Shown here: one piece after another, positions 1 through 8,710 of the stretch
Numbering within the stretch: the stretch's first letter is position 1
How the letters are laid out: each line of letters opens with the position of its first letter
Source: a virus
Lineage: Duplodnaviria > Caudoviricetes
Length of the DNA: 58,810 bases
IMG/VR virus record: IMGVR_UViG_3300021197_000369
Span: 1-58,810 of that record
Direction: 5' to 3' (one strand)
Notes under the pieces: model-generated
Databases searched by the model: none
The model's input: the letters and a program-made list of their open reading frames with translations, nothing else
What the model was told of the DNA's origin: nothing
Made by a program: the position numbers and the translations under genes

Positions 1-150
1 ATTTGAAACACTGCCATTAGCACCTGTAGAACCCGTGCCTCCAAATGCACCACCAGCACCACCAGCCCCAGCGGCAGTTCCGCCTGCACTGCCACCACCA
101 GCACTTTGACCATACCCAGCGCCGACGCCACCAGCCCCACCACTTGTGTT
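1..150. repeat. Terminal overlap, left copy (circular closure)
   Basis: 1-150 aligns ungapped to 58661-58810 with 6 mismatches (positions 40, 58, 69, 85, 118, 137). Confidence 0.95.
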
Positions 151-927
151 GCTAGTGGTTTGTCCTTTGCGGTAGCACTGAATTCTACAAGTCTCACTTC
201 CTCCTTGTGTTTGGTAACTTGCGTACTGAAAAACGCCCGAAGAATACCCATCATATCCACTGTATGGTTCAGGGCAATATCCGCCTACGTTAGTGTAGGA
301 AGTACCACTATTTCCAGAATAGCCAAGACTGGTACACGGACTCCCCCCTGATACAAGAACATAATATGTGGTGGTGCCAGATGTAGTCGTTTGAGACCCG
401 CTTCCACCTGCTCCACCGCCACCGCCACCAGAGCGTATCGTACCAGCATTAATCAAAGTGCAAGCAACGTCAGCTTCAAAAGCATCGCCACCATCCCCAT
501 CAGCAGCGCCACCTGCACCCGTTATGGTGCCATTGTTGGTTATGCTAATAGAACCAGATAGACCTGTGTCTATCTGCAAAGCTTCATTTGACGTGCTTGT
601 TGCCCCAATCTCAACACCATTATCGATAATAATTTGTTTTGGATAGTCTACAGCATAATCATCACCAAACACAGTTGACGCATCCTGATTGGTGGCATTT
701 GTTGAATATGTCTTACGAAAAGCTCTAGCCGTATTCTTAAAGTCATCTAGAGATATGACTCCACTAGTAGGTACGCTAGCAGCGGCATTGGTTAGACCCG
801 CTACGCTGGGTTCTAAAATATTACTGCCGCTTCTATAAAGTTGCGAAAAACTAATGGAGTTTTTGTTACCACCAACGAACTCTGTCCGCAAATCACCAAA
901 CGATATATTAGTAGATCCAATTGACAT
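1..927 (-). CDS. Gly-rich gp38-like tail adhesin, 5' part (wraps the join, about 339 aa in total)
   Basis: Not in the ORF track; translated by hand. ATG at 927 overlaps the upstream TAA. MSIGSTNISFGDLRTEFVGG...YPKQIIIDNGVEIG...ITNNGTITGAGG, then a 4-Cys insert and Gly-rich tracts. Clear paralogue of 3270-4334. Confidence 0.8.
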   Translation of the reverse strand, partial: MSIGSTNISFGDLRTEFVGGNKNSISFSQLYRSGSNILEPSVAGLTNAAASVPTSGVISLDDFKNTARAFRKTYSTNATNQDASTVFGDDYAVDYPKQIIIDNGVEIGATSTSNEALQIDTGLSGSISITNNGTITGAGGAADGDGGDAFEADVACTLINAGTIRSGGGGGGAGGSGSQTTTSGTTTYYVLVSGGSPCTSLGYSGNSGTSYTNVGGYCPEPYSGYDGYSSGVFQYASYQTQGGSETCRIQCYRKGQTTSNTSGGAGGVGAGYGQSAGGGSAGGTAAGAGGAGGAFGGTGSTGANGSVSN

Positions 928-1595
928 TATGGAGATCCAAACCCTGTTCTATCTTGAGCAGACGTTAGAGATCCATTACTCGCTATTTTCAAAACGGTAG
1001 CACCGTTATATTTAAACAGTAAGTCGTTGTCTCCAGAGTCCAAAACTATCTCCCACTTACTAGTTCCAAACTTCACACTTTGACCGCCCATTAAAATATT
1101 GTTTGAGTTTACATCAAGATCGCCACCAAGCTGCGGAGTAGTGTCATCAACTAAATCATTTTTATTGTTGAATAATTCAGTGACGACTCCACTAGATCCA
1201 CCGCCATCTGCCGTGACTTCTTTTATAACACTAGCGGCTATGCTTACAGAGTTACCTGAAGATGGAGTGACACCTTTGTAAACAACTGTGCACGTTTGAT
1301 TTGTACCGTTGTTTATTATAAAGTTTTTCTTCTGATCGGTTGGGGTTATCTCTAACTCAAAAGATGCACCCGGAGAACCCGTTAAAAGAATTACTTTATT
1401 CATGCCGTCGGTAACAGTTCCATCTATTGTCTCAAGATCAAACGCTGTTCCAGAGTTACAAGTTATGGTTGTTTGACCATGTAGACCTGCATCTATTATA
1501 TCAAAGTTGTTGTTTGTTGTTGCACCCCAAGAACCCGCCTGCTCACCAGAGCCGGGTTTTTCTATACCGGAGTTAGCTGTATATGTAGATGCCAT
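927..1595 (-). CDS. Tail fibre/virion structural protein
   Basis: N-term GEQAGSWGATTNNNFDIID, internal DTTPQLGGDLDVN motif typical of marine phage fibres, C-term DLLFKYNG..VLKI...DRTGFGSP. Coupled to the adhesin gene. Confidence 0.7.
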   Translation of the reverse strand: MASTYTANSGIEKPGSGEQAGSWGATTNNNFDIIDAGLHGQTTITCNSGTAFDLETIDGTVTDGMNKVILLTGSPGASFELEITPTDQKKNFIINNGTNQTCTVVYKGVTPSSGNSVSIAASVIKEVTADGGGSSGVVTELFNNKNDLVDDTTPQLGGDLDVNSNNILMGGQSVKFGTSKWEIVLDSGDNDLLFKYNGATVLKIASNGSLTSAQDRTGFGSP

Positions 1596-2309
1596 CTAAA
1601 CCACCATATCTGTCCAAGTTTCGATTGTATCACTAGCGTTTACTTCTGTCCATGTGCCGCCACTAGGTGTGATAGCTGACCAACTGTCAACGGTTCCTCT
1701 CTCAATGCCCGTCCACAATATAGCACCATTTGTTGTTATAACAAATACCGCTTCAATAGTAGCAGTTCCTTCTTCTATAAAGGTTCCAGTGACAGTCTTA
1801 ACAAACACCGCTTCAATAGTAGCGGTTCCGGGTCTTACCAAAGATGCGGGTGTGGTTTGAGTAAAGTTAAGCGATTGTTCTGATGCGCCTAGTCTAACCC
1901 TAAGACCCGCCGATGTTTGAGTAAAGTTAGCTGATTGCTCTGATACTCCATGCTTTATTAAACTCGCTATCGTTGTTTGTATTGCGGAAGCTGATTGTTC
2001 TGATACAGCAAATCCTGTAAACGCCGCTGTTGTGGTTTGATCAAACTGACTTGTAATAACCGCAGCACCAGTTCCAAGAATTTCTCCAGAAGCTGACTGT
2101 GTGAAATTAGCGCTTGCTTCTAGTATACCAAGCATGACTTCAACAGCTATAGAAGTCTTGCTTGACGTGCCTATCATCTCCAAACTACCAAGTAAGGTAG
2201 CAGAAGCAGCACTTGTCTGATCAAACTGAGATATTGCTGTGGATGAACCTACACTCAATATAGCAGCTTCTGATAAAGATCGTGTGGCTATGGAGTCAAA
2301 AGCTAACAT
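1596..2309 (-). CDS. Virion structural protein with internal ~21-aa repeats
   Basis: Repeats SEQSANFTQT / SEQSLNFTQT and GTATIEAVFV x2; lies in the tail operon. Confidence 0.6.
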   Translation of the reverse strand: MLAFDSIATRSLSEAAILSVGSSTAISQFDQTSAASATLLGSLEMIGTSSKTSIAVEVMLGILEASANFTQSASGEILGTGAAVITSQFDQTTTAAFTGFAVSEQSASAIQTTIASLIKHGVSEQSANFTQTSAGLRVRLGASEQSLNFTQTTPASLVRPGTATIEAVFVKTVTGTFIEEGTATIEAVFVITTNGAILWTGIERGTVDSWSAITPSGGTWTEVNASDTIETWTDMVV

Positions 2310-2310
2310 T

Positions 2311-2673
2311 TTACTCTTCCGGGTACTTCTTCTTTATTTCAGCAACATGCACTTGCCATGCCTCAAGACCATTTTCTGTTATATACTCTATTTGACTCAT
2401 GGGATCTCCGTAGGCAGATATTCTGTTCTGTAGCCAAAGTGGTGCAGATTCAGGCTCATCTTCTACTGAAATAGTCTTTGCTTTAGCTTTGCTAGTAAAA
2501 CCCTTAGATACAAACTTGGGTGCAGAACCAACCTTGGGTGCAAACTGATGTGCTACATCGTCGAGATCTTCCTGAGTCATATCAGAAGATAGAATGATTT
2601 CTGCCCAACTGCCATCGGAGTATCTAAGTATGGCTATTCCATTCTCCAGCTTTTCTACTATGTACTGTGTCAT
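2311..2673 (-). CDS. Putative tail fibre assembly/chaperone-like protein
   Basis: Start MTQYIVE overlaps the upstream TGA. C-term RISAYGDPMSQIEYI...AWQ...IKKKYP resembles fibre-associated chaperones. Confidence 0.5.
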   Translation of the reverse strand: MTQYIVEKLENGIAILRYSDGSWAEIILSSDMTQEDLDDVAHQFAPKVGSAPKFVSKGFTSKAKAKTISVEDEPESAPLWLQNRISAYGDPMSQIEYITENGLEAWQVHVAEIKKKYPEE

Positions 2674-2813
2674 TTCCATTTCTCCAAAGGACACCGTGCA
2701 TCTGTAAAATGCACTTTAATTTTCATTATACACATGCATTTTTTGCATTGTGAAATAGACTTTCTATACCACTCACACTCCTTACAAATATCCAGTCTTT
2801 TCTCAGGACTCAC
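2670..2813 (-). CDS. Small Cys-rich protein (47 aa)
   Basis: Hand-translated from a GTG after GAGG: MSPEKRLDICKECEWYRKSISQCKKCMCIMKIKVHFTDARCPLEKWK (CxxC, CxxCxC, CPxxKW). Fills the gap exactly, overlapping both neighbours. Confidence 0.75.
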   Translation of the reverse strand: MSPEKRLDICKECEWYRKSISQCKKCMCIMKIKVHFTDARCPLEKWK

Positions 2814-3273
2814 GATAAACCTCTATGTAACTCTTGTTTACCTTTTTCCATTTGTAATCTTTTAACAAAACGTTTTCATCCCACTCATAATAAGACATAC
2901 AGCTATCAGTTATCGATTGATTTTGATATCCAGTATGAATTAAGAATGCTGTCGCATGAGACAAACCTAAATCAATCAACTCTTTTTTTTCATCTGACTT
3001 TGCCGCAGACAACACAGCACCATGAGCAATGGCATAATCATGTTGACCAATTGGTTTTTGCCTGTGCTCAATCAAAGGTCCGTACGGGTCATATAAAGTG
3101 AAATCATACGGCATTAATTCTTCTATTTCCCCTGTTCCACAACCAATACTAAGAATTGTTTTTACACCACTAGGTATCAACTTCTGTAACTTTCTGTAGC
3201 TATCCCACAAATAATTTACATATTGATCTCTAAACATCTCTCTATAGTTATTAGCAGTATAGAACCGAGTCAT
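2803..3273 (-). CDS. Class I SAM-dependent methyltransferase-like protein
   Basis: Motif I-like ILSIGCGTG followed by YD at the end of strand 2; AT-rich gene. Confidence 0.55.
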   Translation of the reverse strand: MTRFYTANNYREMFRDQYVNYLWDSYRKLQKLIPSGVKTILSIGCGTGEIEELMPYDFTLYDPYGPLIEHRQKPIGQHDYAIAHGAVLSAAKSDEKKELIDLGLSHATAFLIHTGYQNQSITDSCMSYYEWDENVLLKDYKWKKVNKSYIEVYRES

Positions 3274-4334
3274 GCTTGTGGCCCGGTAATTGTGCCGTTG
3301 TTAGTTAAAGTAACGCTTGATATACCTCTAATAGACTTGCCAGCGGAACCTGCTGAAGTGGCGGAACCGCCAGCCGCACCGTTGGTTCGATTACCATTTG
3401 ACCCAGCAGTTCCATCAGTCCCGGTTGTTCCATCTACACCAAAGGCACCACCGTTGCCACCGTTGCCACCATTACCGCCAGTTCCGGCGCTGGTTCCACC
3501 GCTGCCGCCGCTGCCACCACTTGAACCGTCTGCACTACTTTGACCGTAACCTGCACCAACACCACCAGCACCAGCCGCACCAGCCGCACCACCATCCGTG
3601 TTTGTTACTGTAACCCTGTTTCCGTAACACTTGGTGGTAGCTTGTTCCATCATAATCGAACAGTCTGTGACAATATTTATATATGTGTAACCCCCGCTTG
3701 ACGATGAACAGTTGACATTACAATTGCCCCCGCTAAATGTCGTATACAAGGTATACCCCCCTGTGCTACTAGTTTGACCGCCGCCGCCAGCGCCGCCAGC
3801 GCCGCCAGTTGCCCCGCCACCACCACCAGAGCGGATGCTTCCATTGTTAATAAATATACAAGTTACATCTGCTTCAAAGGCGTCACCGCCATCACCACCA
3901 GCCGCACCACCAGCACCAGTAAGAGTGCCATTGTTCGTGATTGTAATTGTACCAACGCCGCCGCTGTCAATTTGTAATGCCTCTTGTGATGCCGAAGTTC
4001 CACCAAGTTCTACACCACTATCGATTACAATCTCTTTGGGGTAGTCAACACCATAGTCATCCCCGAATATCGCTGACGCATCTTGGTTCGTTGCATTTGA
4101 GGTAAAAGTAAATCTAAATCCCTTAGATGCTCCACGAAAGTTACCAACGGATATTGCACCCGAGGTGGGAACATTTGGTGCAAGGTTTACAGCGGTGTTG
4201 TTGCCAGCTTTTGCTCTAATATACGAGTTTGATCCACCGCGATACAGGTCTGAAAAGTTAATGGCGGCACTGCCGCCAATAAACTCTGTCCGCAGATTAG
4301 TGAAGGTAACTGGACCTGTAGAAGCGATGGGCAT
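3270..4334 (-). CDS. Gly-rich gp38-like tail adhesin
   Basis: ITITNNGTLTGAGG, multiple GGxGGxGG tracts flanking a 4-Cys insert; architecture resembles T-even gp38 polyglycine adhesins. Confidence 0.7.
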   Translation of the reverse strand: MPIASTGPVTFTNLRTEFIGGSAAINFSDLYRGGSNSYIRAKAGNNTAVNLAPNVPTSGAISVGNFRGASKGFRFTFTSNATNQDASAIFGDDYGVDYPKEIVIDSGVELGGTSASQEALQIDSGGVGTITITNNGTLTGAGGAAGGDGGDAFEADVTCIFINNGSIRSGGGGGATGGAGGAGGGGQTSSTGGYTLYTTFSGGNCNVNCSSSSGGYTYINIVTDCSIMMEQATTKCYGNRVTVTNTDGGAAGAAGAGGVGAGYGQSSADGSSGGSGGSGGTSAGTGGNGGNGGNGGAFGVDGTTGTDGTAGSNGNRTNGAAGGSATSAGSAGKSIRGISSVTLTNNGTITGPQA

Positions 4335-4522
4335 TACGGTGTTCCAAAAGCTGTGATCTCATCTTTAGCTACAACAGCACCTGCATCTGTAACTCTAAAC
4401 ACATCTGTCGTATCATTGTAACGTATAACAAGATCGTTGTTGCCATCTTTTGATGCCACATAGCCGGATGGAAAGCCGCTAATGTCGTTAATTAAATCTG
4501 CCACGTTTCTTGCTCTACTCAT
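4334..4522 (-). CDS. Small fibre adaptor protein
   Basis: MSRARNVADL N-term; C-term DLVIRYN..VFRV...DEITAFGTP is homologous to the C-term of 927-1595. Confidence 0.6.
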   Translation of the reverse strand: MSRARNVADLINDISGFPSGYVASKDGNNDLVIRYNDTTDVFRVTDAGAVVAKDEITAFGTP

Positions 4523-4531
4523 TATGCTATC

Positions 4532-5632
4532 CTAACCTATTAAAACGCCTGAAAACATACTACCACGATCATCAATACCAATAGACGTATCCGACTGAGT
4601 ACGAACCCAATGTTCTATTTCTTGACTAGCAGTACATTGTAGAATGGTAGAGGAAGTAAGACTTTGATAATCAGTAGAAGGTTGACCAATTAAAACATAT
4701 GCTGAACGATATACTATATCAGATTGACTAGTTCCTTGCCCATTGCCTGAGTAAGAGGGCGTTCTCAAACCCATATTGATGTAGTCGTTTGATGTACCAC
4801 TATTAACTCGAAGAGAAATATTGAATTGATAAATACCCGCTACAGGTGCAATAAATTTATTATTGCTTTTATCAAAACAATTACCTATATCAAATTGTTC
4901 AGTGCCATTGGTGTTATAATTAACTGTTGCAAACGATGATGCGTCTATAGTGTGTGTAGTTGTGATCGTAGCTAAAAACGCTGGTCTTGCTGGTGTAAGG
5001 ATCCGACCATTACTATCAATTGTCATAGCTGTAGTCGTGGCAGAAGCATCTTTGACCGTGCTCACATTCAAACCACCAGTGGCTGTAACAGCACCCGTGA
5101 AAGCACCGCCGGATGCTTTACTAACCGTGTCCGTTGCAGCAAACGCACGGAACGAACGAACAACAAGCTCGTCATTCGCGGTAGCTCCAGAGGCTAAAGT
5201 GATTGTGTCACCGCCACTTAATGTAAAGTCTGTAGTATCAAGATGCACTCCGTTCAGATATATATCTACATCACTACCAAACGCTAAAACGGCTCCTGTG
5301 CTATCGGCTCCGGTAAACGCTGTTTGATTTGATGTTGCAACATATTTGAAAATCTGCATTGCAAAGGATAAAGGCTGATCAACTGCACGACCAAAGAATC
5401 GAACAACAATATCGTCGCCATTTGCAGGGGCTTCGGAAAATGTAAGAGTAGTTCCTTGAGCTATGTATGAAGCTGTAACTCCCGGTTCCTGAATTACATT
5501 ACCCACCGTCACGAGTATAGCTTCGCCGCTTGCTACAGACTGAGCCAAAGTAAACGCCGTAGTAGACCCGTCGCCAGTAAAGCGCTGGAACGTGATGTCA
5601 CCTACATTTGGATCAATACCTATGTATGCCAT
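4532..5632 (-). CDS. Tail fibre with C-terminal C1q-like domain
   Basis: N-term FTGDGSTTAFTL domain; C-term PARPAF...FDKSNNKFIAPVAGIYQF...FSGVLIG fits the C1q/TNF-like pattern. Confidence 0.75.
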   Translation of the reverse strand: MAYIGIDPNVGDITFQRFTGDGSTTAFTLAQSVASGEAILVTVGNVIQEPGVTASYIAQGTTLTFSEAPANGDDIVVRFFGRAVDQPLSFAMQIFKYVATSNQTAFTGADSTGAVLAFGSDVDIYLNGVHLDTTDFTLSGGDTITLASGATANDELVVRSFRAFAATDTVSKASGGAFTGAVTATGGLNVSTVKDASATTTAMTIDSNGRILTPARPAFLATITTTHTIDASSFATVNYNTNGTEQFDIGNCFDKSNNKFIAPVAGIYQFNISLRVNSGTSNDYINMGLRTPSYSGNGQGTSQSDIVYRSAYVLIGQPSTDYQSLTSSTILQCTASQEIEHWVRTQSDTSIGIDDRGSMFSGVLIG

Positions 5633-6006
5633 TATGCGAGGTCTCCGTGTCTAACTCCAGAGTTATCATCTCTATCTTCTGCTGATCCAGAACTGTTTTG
5701 AGTTAATATATCGTAAGTGGAAGTTGTGTTTACAGACGTTCTTACTTTCACTTGGTTTCCGTCAGTTCCTGCTACAATTGCATTGCCATCAGCAGAAGAA
5801 AGGCTTGAGGTCAGTGTGACTGTGGTGTTGCCTGTTCCAGTGTCAGAAATAGAGGATGTGTTAAGTGCGCCAGTATAAATAGATATTGTTCCCGTTCCAT
5901 TAAAGTGAACAAAATGCTTCGCACTACCATTAATCACATAGGTAGTATCGACAGACTCGGTGCCTGCATTATTGGCAATGGTGGTGACTCTCAGTTCGCT
6001 TGCCAT
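5632..6006 (-). CDS. GDLA-family tail protein 5
   Basis: GSAKHFVHFNG...LNTSSISDTGTG...HGDLA*. Confidence 0.7.
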   Translation of the reverse strand: MASELRVTTIANNAGTESVDTTYVINGSAKHFVHFNGTGTISIYTGALNTSSISDTGTGNTTVTLTSSLSSADGNAIVAGTDGNQVKVRTSVNTTSTYDILTQNSSGSAEDRDDNSGVRHGDLA

Positions 6007-6422
6007 TATGCTAGGTCTCCGTGGAACGAAACACAGTTATGATTACAATCTTGTCTAGTGCCACCACCAGACATAGAAGAACATCTTTGTGTTGAGGTAG
6101 TTCTGTAATTGTTATATGCCCCATCACGGGTATTTCTGTCTTGCAGAACGTGACTTTGAGATGTGCTTCCAGTTATGCAAAACTTATCATTTCCAAAGGC
6201 ATTAGTAACTGTTAGAGTGAAGTCACCTGCCGCATTATCTGTAAGTGATGAACCGTTGAGACTGTCATTTATCGTATTACTGGTATACATCTGCGCTTGA
6301 AACCACGCCTTCGCCAACCCCTGCTGAAGTGACTGCGTAGCCGCGCCGCCCTCGCTAGTAACTGTAATGTCACCAGTCGTTGCGATACCTTGCAGTTCAT
6401 CTACCTTCAGGATACTAGCCAT
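6006..6422 (-). CDS. GDLA-family tail protein 4
   Basis: Start MASILKVD at a TAATG overlap; GLAKAW...SLNGSSLTDNAAG...HGDLA*. Confidence 0.7.
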   Translation of the reverse strand: MASILKVDELQGIATTGDITVTSEGGAATQSLQQGLAKAWFQAQMYTSNTINDSLNGSSLTDNAAGDFTLTVTNAFGNDKFCITGSTSQSHVLQDRNTRDGAYNNYRTTSTQRCSSMSGGGTRQDCNHNCVSFHGDLA

Positions 6423-6805
6423 TATGCGAGGTCTCCAAATACACAAATATTTGATTGTCCAGCATCAGTTAGCGAGTTGCTAGAATTTCTATTTGACGTT
6501 CTAAACAAACTTGTTGTCCTATGACTTGCGCTTGTAGTTCTAATACTAGCATCTCCTGATGCGCCACTTTCTTCACCGCTTTGTTCGCAAGTTGCATAAG
6601 TAGCATCACTCATATTATTGGTAAAATTATAAGTAAATTTTCCAGTACCACCATCTGTCAATGATGCGGTGTTTAATGTGTTTTCTAAAGCAGGTGTAAT
6701 GTTGTTTGAGTGTGCAAAAACTTTTACTGCCGCTTGCTTAGTCAACCCAACAGGACCAGTGCCAGCCTTATCTGCAATAGTATCTACATTCAATACACTG
6801 GTCAT
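6422..6805 (-). CDS. GDLA-family tail protein 3
   Basis: Start MTSVLNVDTI; AAVKVF...LNTASLTDGGTG...FGDLA*. Confidence 0.7.
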   Translation of the reverse strand: MTSVLNVDTIADKAGTGPVGLTKQAAVKVFAHSNNITPALENTLNTASLTDGGTGKFTYNFTNNMSDATYATCEQSGEESGASGDASIRTTSASHRTTSLFRTSNRNSSNSLTDAGQSNICVFGDLA

Positions 6806-6993
6806 ACGATACTCCAATAACCGTTAACAGTGACGGTTGCGTTCTGGGTAATCGGACCCGCGCTCATGCCATTTTGATCAGCATCAATGGTAAAGTCAGT
6901 CGAGATTGTCTGACCATTACGGCGCACGACATTGATGTCAGTTGTCTCCTGACGGTTGTCCACCATATTTGCTTCGGCTTTACTAAGGGCCAT
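6802..6993 (-). CDS. Small fibre adaptor (AGPIT C-terminus)
   Basis: C-term NGQTISTDFTI...NGMSAGPIT...VTVNGYWSIV is homologous to the C-term of 9096-9584. Confidence 0.6.
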   Translation of the reverse strand: MALSKAEANMVDNRQETTDINVVRRNGQTISTDFTIDADQNGMSAGPITQNATVTVNGYWSIV

Positions 6994-7002
6994 TGTGTCC
7001 CC

Positions 7003-7362
7003 CTATGCGTAAGGGTTGTCCCCACAGCATGAAGGCCATGCGGCTTTAAGAGCAATGATGCTGTCTGCATCATCACCAGCGGTAGGTGCATCACGAAGAG
7101 CCTGCTTGTCAGCAACGATCTGAGTTGTGTCAGAGCTTGCTTCCAGTGCCTTCATGTAGTCAGTGTCCAGTGCGGCAAGCAAAGGTGTCCGCGTCTCGCG
7201 TACCTTGTCAGCAAATATTTCTTTTGCCTTGGTCAAGTCTTCGCTAATCACGCTGCCAGACAGTGTCCACGCTCCACGAAAATCACGAGTTGATGGGACG
7301 GTTGCAGTTGACGCATCGACCTGATTACCGTCTTTGTCCACAATATAAGTTGTTACAGCCAT
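7003..7362 (-). CDS. Tail fibre assembly chaperone-like protein
   Basis: R..R.PLL..LD..YM.ALE...KQALRDAP...W pattern of fibre assembly chaperones. Confidence 0.65.
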   Translation of the reverse strand: MAVTTYIVDKDGNQVDASTATVPSTRDFRGAWTLSGSVISEDLTKAKEIFADKVRETRTPLLAALDTDYMKALEASSDTTQIVADKQALRDAPTAGDDADSIIALKAAWPSCCGDNPYA

Positions 7363-7371
7363 TAGATACTC

Positions 7372-7830
7372 CTATGCGGCTAGTTCATCAGATATGCGCC
7401 ACGAATTGCGCCATTCTCTAGTGCTCGGTAATTGTTGCTTTTTGCATATTACCATCTTCGGCTTATTGCCGCTATCCCAATTCTGCCAGACGTGCTGTGG
7501 TACATCCTTCTGGATTAGGTATTCGATTGCTTGCTCTTCCGTTAGAGGACCAATTGGCTCTGTCTGGTGCAGCAGATAACCCCGTGTATGCTTCTTGAAG
7601 TCCGGCTGCGCCTCATCCTTTGCCAGTTCCCAGTACACCCACACAGGCGGCAGGATACCGCCCTGCAATGCACACGCCATCCAGTTAGGGTCAGCCACCA
7701 GTATCTTGGCGCACTCGTCAACGCTGTTCTCATAGACAACACGGTAGTCTGACTGTACACCGTCTAGGTTTTCCTTTGCCCAGCATAGGCGGTCAAACAG
7801 GTGGGTGCCTTGAAATTCTGGTGTGTTCAT
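7372..7830 (-). CDS. Tail-associated hypothetical protein
   Basis: Start MNTPEF at a TAATG junction; ends LPSTREWRNSW, echoing VPSTRDFRGAW in the next gene. Confidence 0.6.
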   Translation of the reverse strand: MNTPEFQGTHLFDRLCWAKENLDGVQSDYRVVYENSVDECAKILVADPNWMACALQGGILPPVWVYWELAKDEAQPDFKKHTRGYLLHQTEPIGPLTEEQAIEYLIQKDVPQHVWQNWDSGNKPKMVICKKQQLPSTREWRNSWRISDELAA

Positions 7831-8219
7831 TATGCAAGGTCTCCAAAAGTTGTGTAGCACAAAATCTTGGGGTCACGCTCAGTGCCGCCAGTGTCTGTGC
7901 AAAAAGCAGAACCGTTACTGGCAGTGCTTTCATAAGGGAGTACCCATAATCTGTTACCAGTGCTGTCTGTATTATTGTCATCTGTTTTACCGCTTACTTG
8001 CAGACAATAATTAACCGCATCAAGAGATGCTGTATAATTACACTGCGAATCACCAGTCGCATTATCTGCAATGCTGGCAACATTAAAACTTGTGTTAACT
8101 GTCGTAGTGTCTTGATTGTAGTGTGCGTGTACCTTCGCACTACCATTCACCACATACTGCGTATCAAGTGACCCAGCGGTGCTGTGTTCAATCTGGTCTG
8201 CTACAATTTTACCAGCCAT
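7830..8219 (-). CDS. GDLA-family tail protein 2
   Basis: DTQYVVNGSAKVH...SFNVASIADNATG...FGDLA*. Confidence 0.7.
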   Translation of the reverse strand: MAGKIVADQIEHSTAGSLDTQYVVNGSAKVHAHYNQDTTTVNTSFNVASIADNATGDSQCNYTASLDAVNYCLQVSGKTDDNNTDSTGNRLWVLPYESTASNGSAFCTDTGGTERDPKILCYTTFGDLA

Positions 8220-8710
8220 TATGCGACAAACCTTCCTCTAAAATAAGAGTATGTTCCTTGTGGACCCACAAATGCATCACTTCCAGCATCTGATTTACCA
8301 AAAACTGAGATATAATCATTTGCAGCAAGTTCTATGAACATCCCTGTGCTACCAATTTCAAAGTCATTATTAGTAGAGTCAGATGTATCGAGTCTTAATT
8401 GTGGTTGAAAGTTTAATAGTGACCCGTTTTTTGCAAAATCAAATCTAAACACGTCATTTGCACTTCCACTTATAAAATACATTTCAAATTCATATATACC
8501 AGCTACTGGTGCAGTATATCTACAAGATGAACCATCATAATCACTTCCTCTGTTTATCTGTACCTGAGTAAAAAAAGTTACTTCTGCTGAAGAGGTTCCC
8601 AATGTTAAATCTATTCCACCGCCACCAGAACCTCCAACTGCGACTGCATGAAAAATTGAAAGGTTTGGTTGAAGCAATTGATTGCCGGATGCTTGCAATA
8701 TTGCACTCAT
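8219..8710 (-). CDS. Stand-alone C1q-like domain protein
   Basis: YDGSSCRYTAPVAGIYEF...IELAANDYISV...YFRGRFVA fits the C1q-like pattern. Confidence 0.7.
   Translation of the reverse strand: MSAILQASGNQLLQPNLSIFHAVAVGGSGGGGIDLTLGTSSAEVTFFTQVQINRGSDYDGSSCRYTAPVAGIYEFEMYFISGSANDVFRFDFAKNGSLLNFQPQLRLDTSDSTNNDFEIGSTGMFIELAANDYISVFGKSDAGSDAFVGPQGTYSYFRGRFVA

Noticed and set aside
1-150. Biological direct terminal repeat
   Set aside because: It falls mid-gene, is exactly read-length-like (150 nt) and is imperfect; better explained as assembly circular overlap.
5641-7843. GGTCTC (BsaI-type) sites at four GDLA junctions
   Set aside because: A by-product of GGA-GAC-CTN codons; absent in the fifth copy, and no sign of synthetic design.
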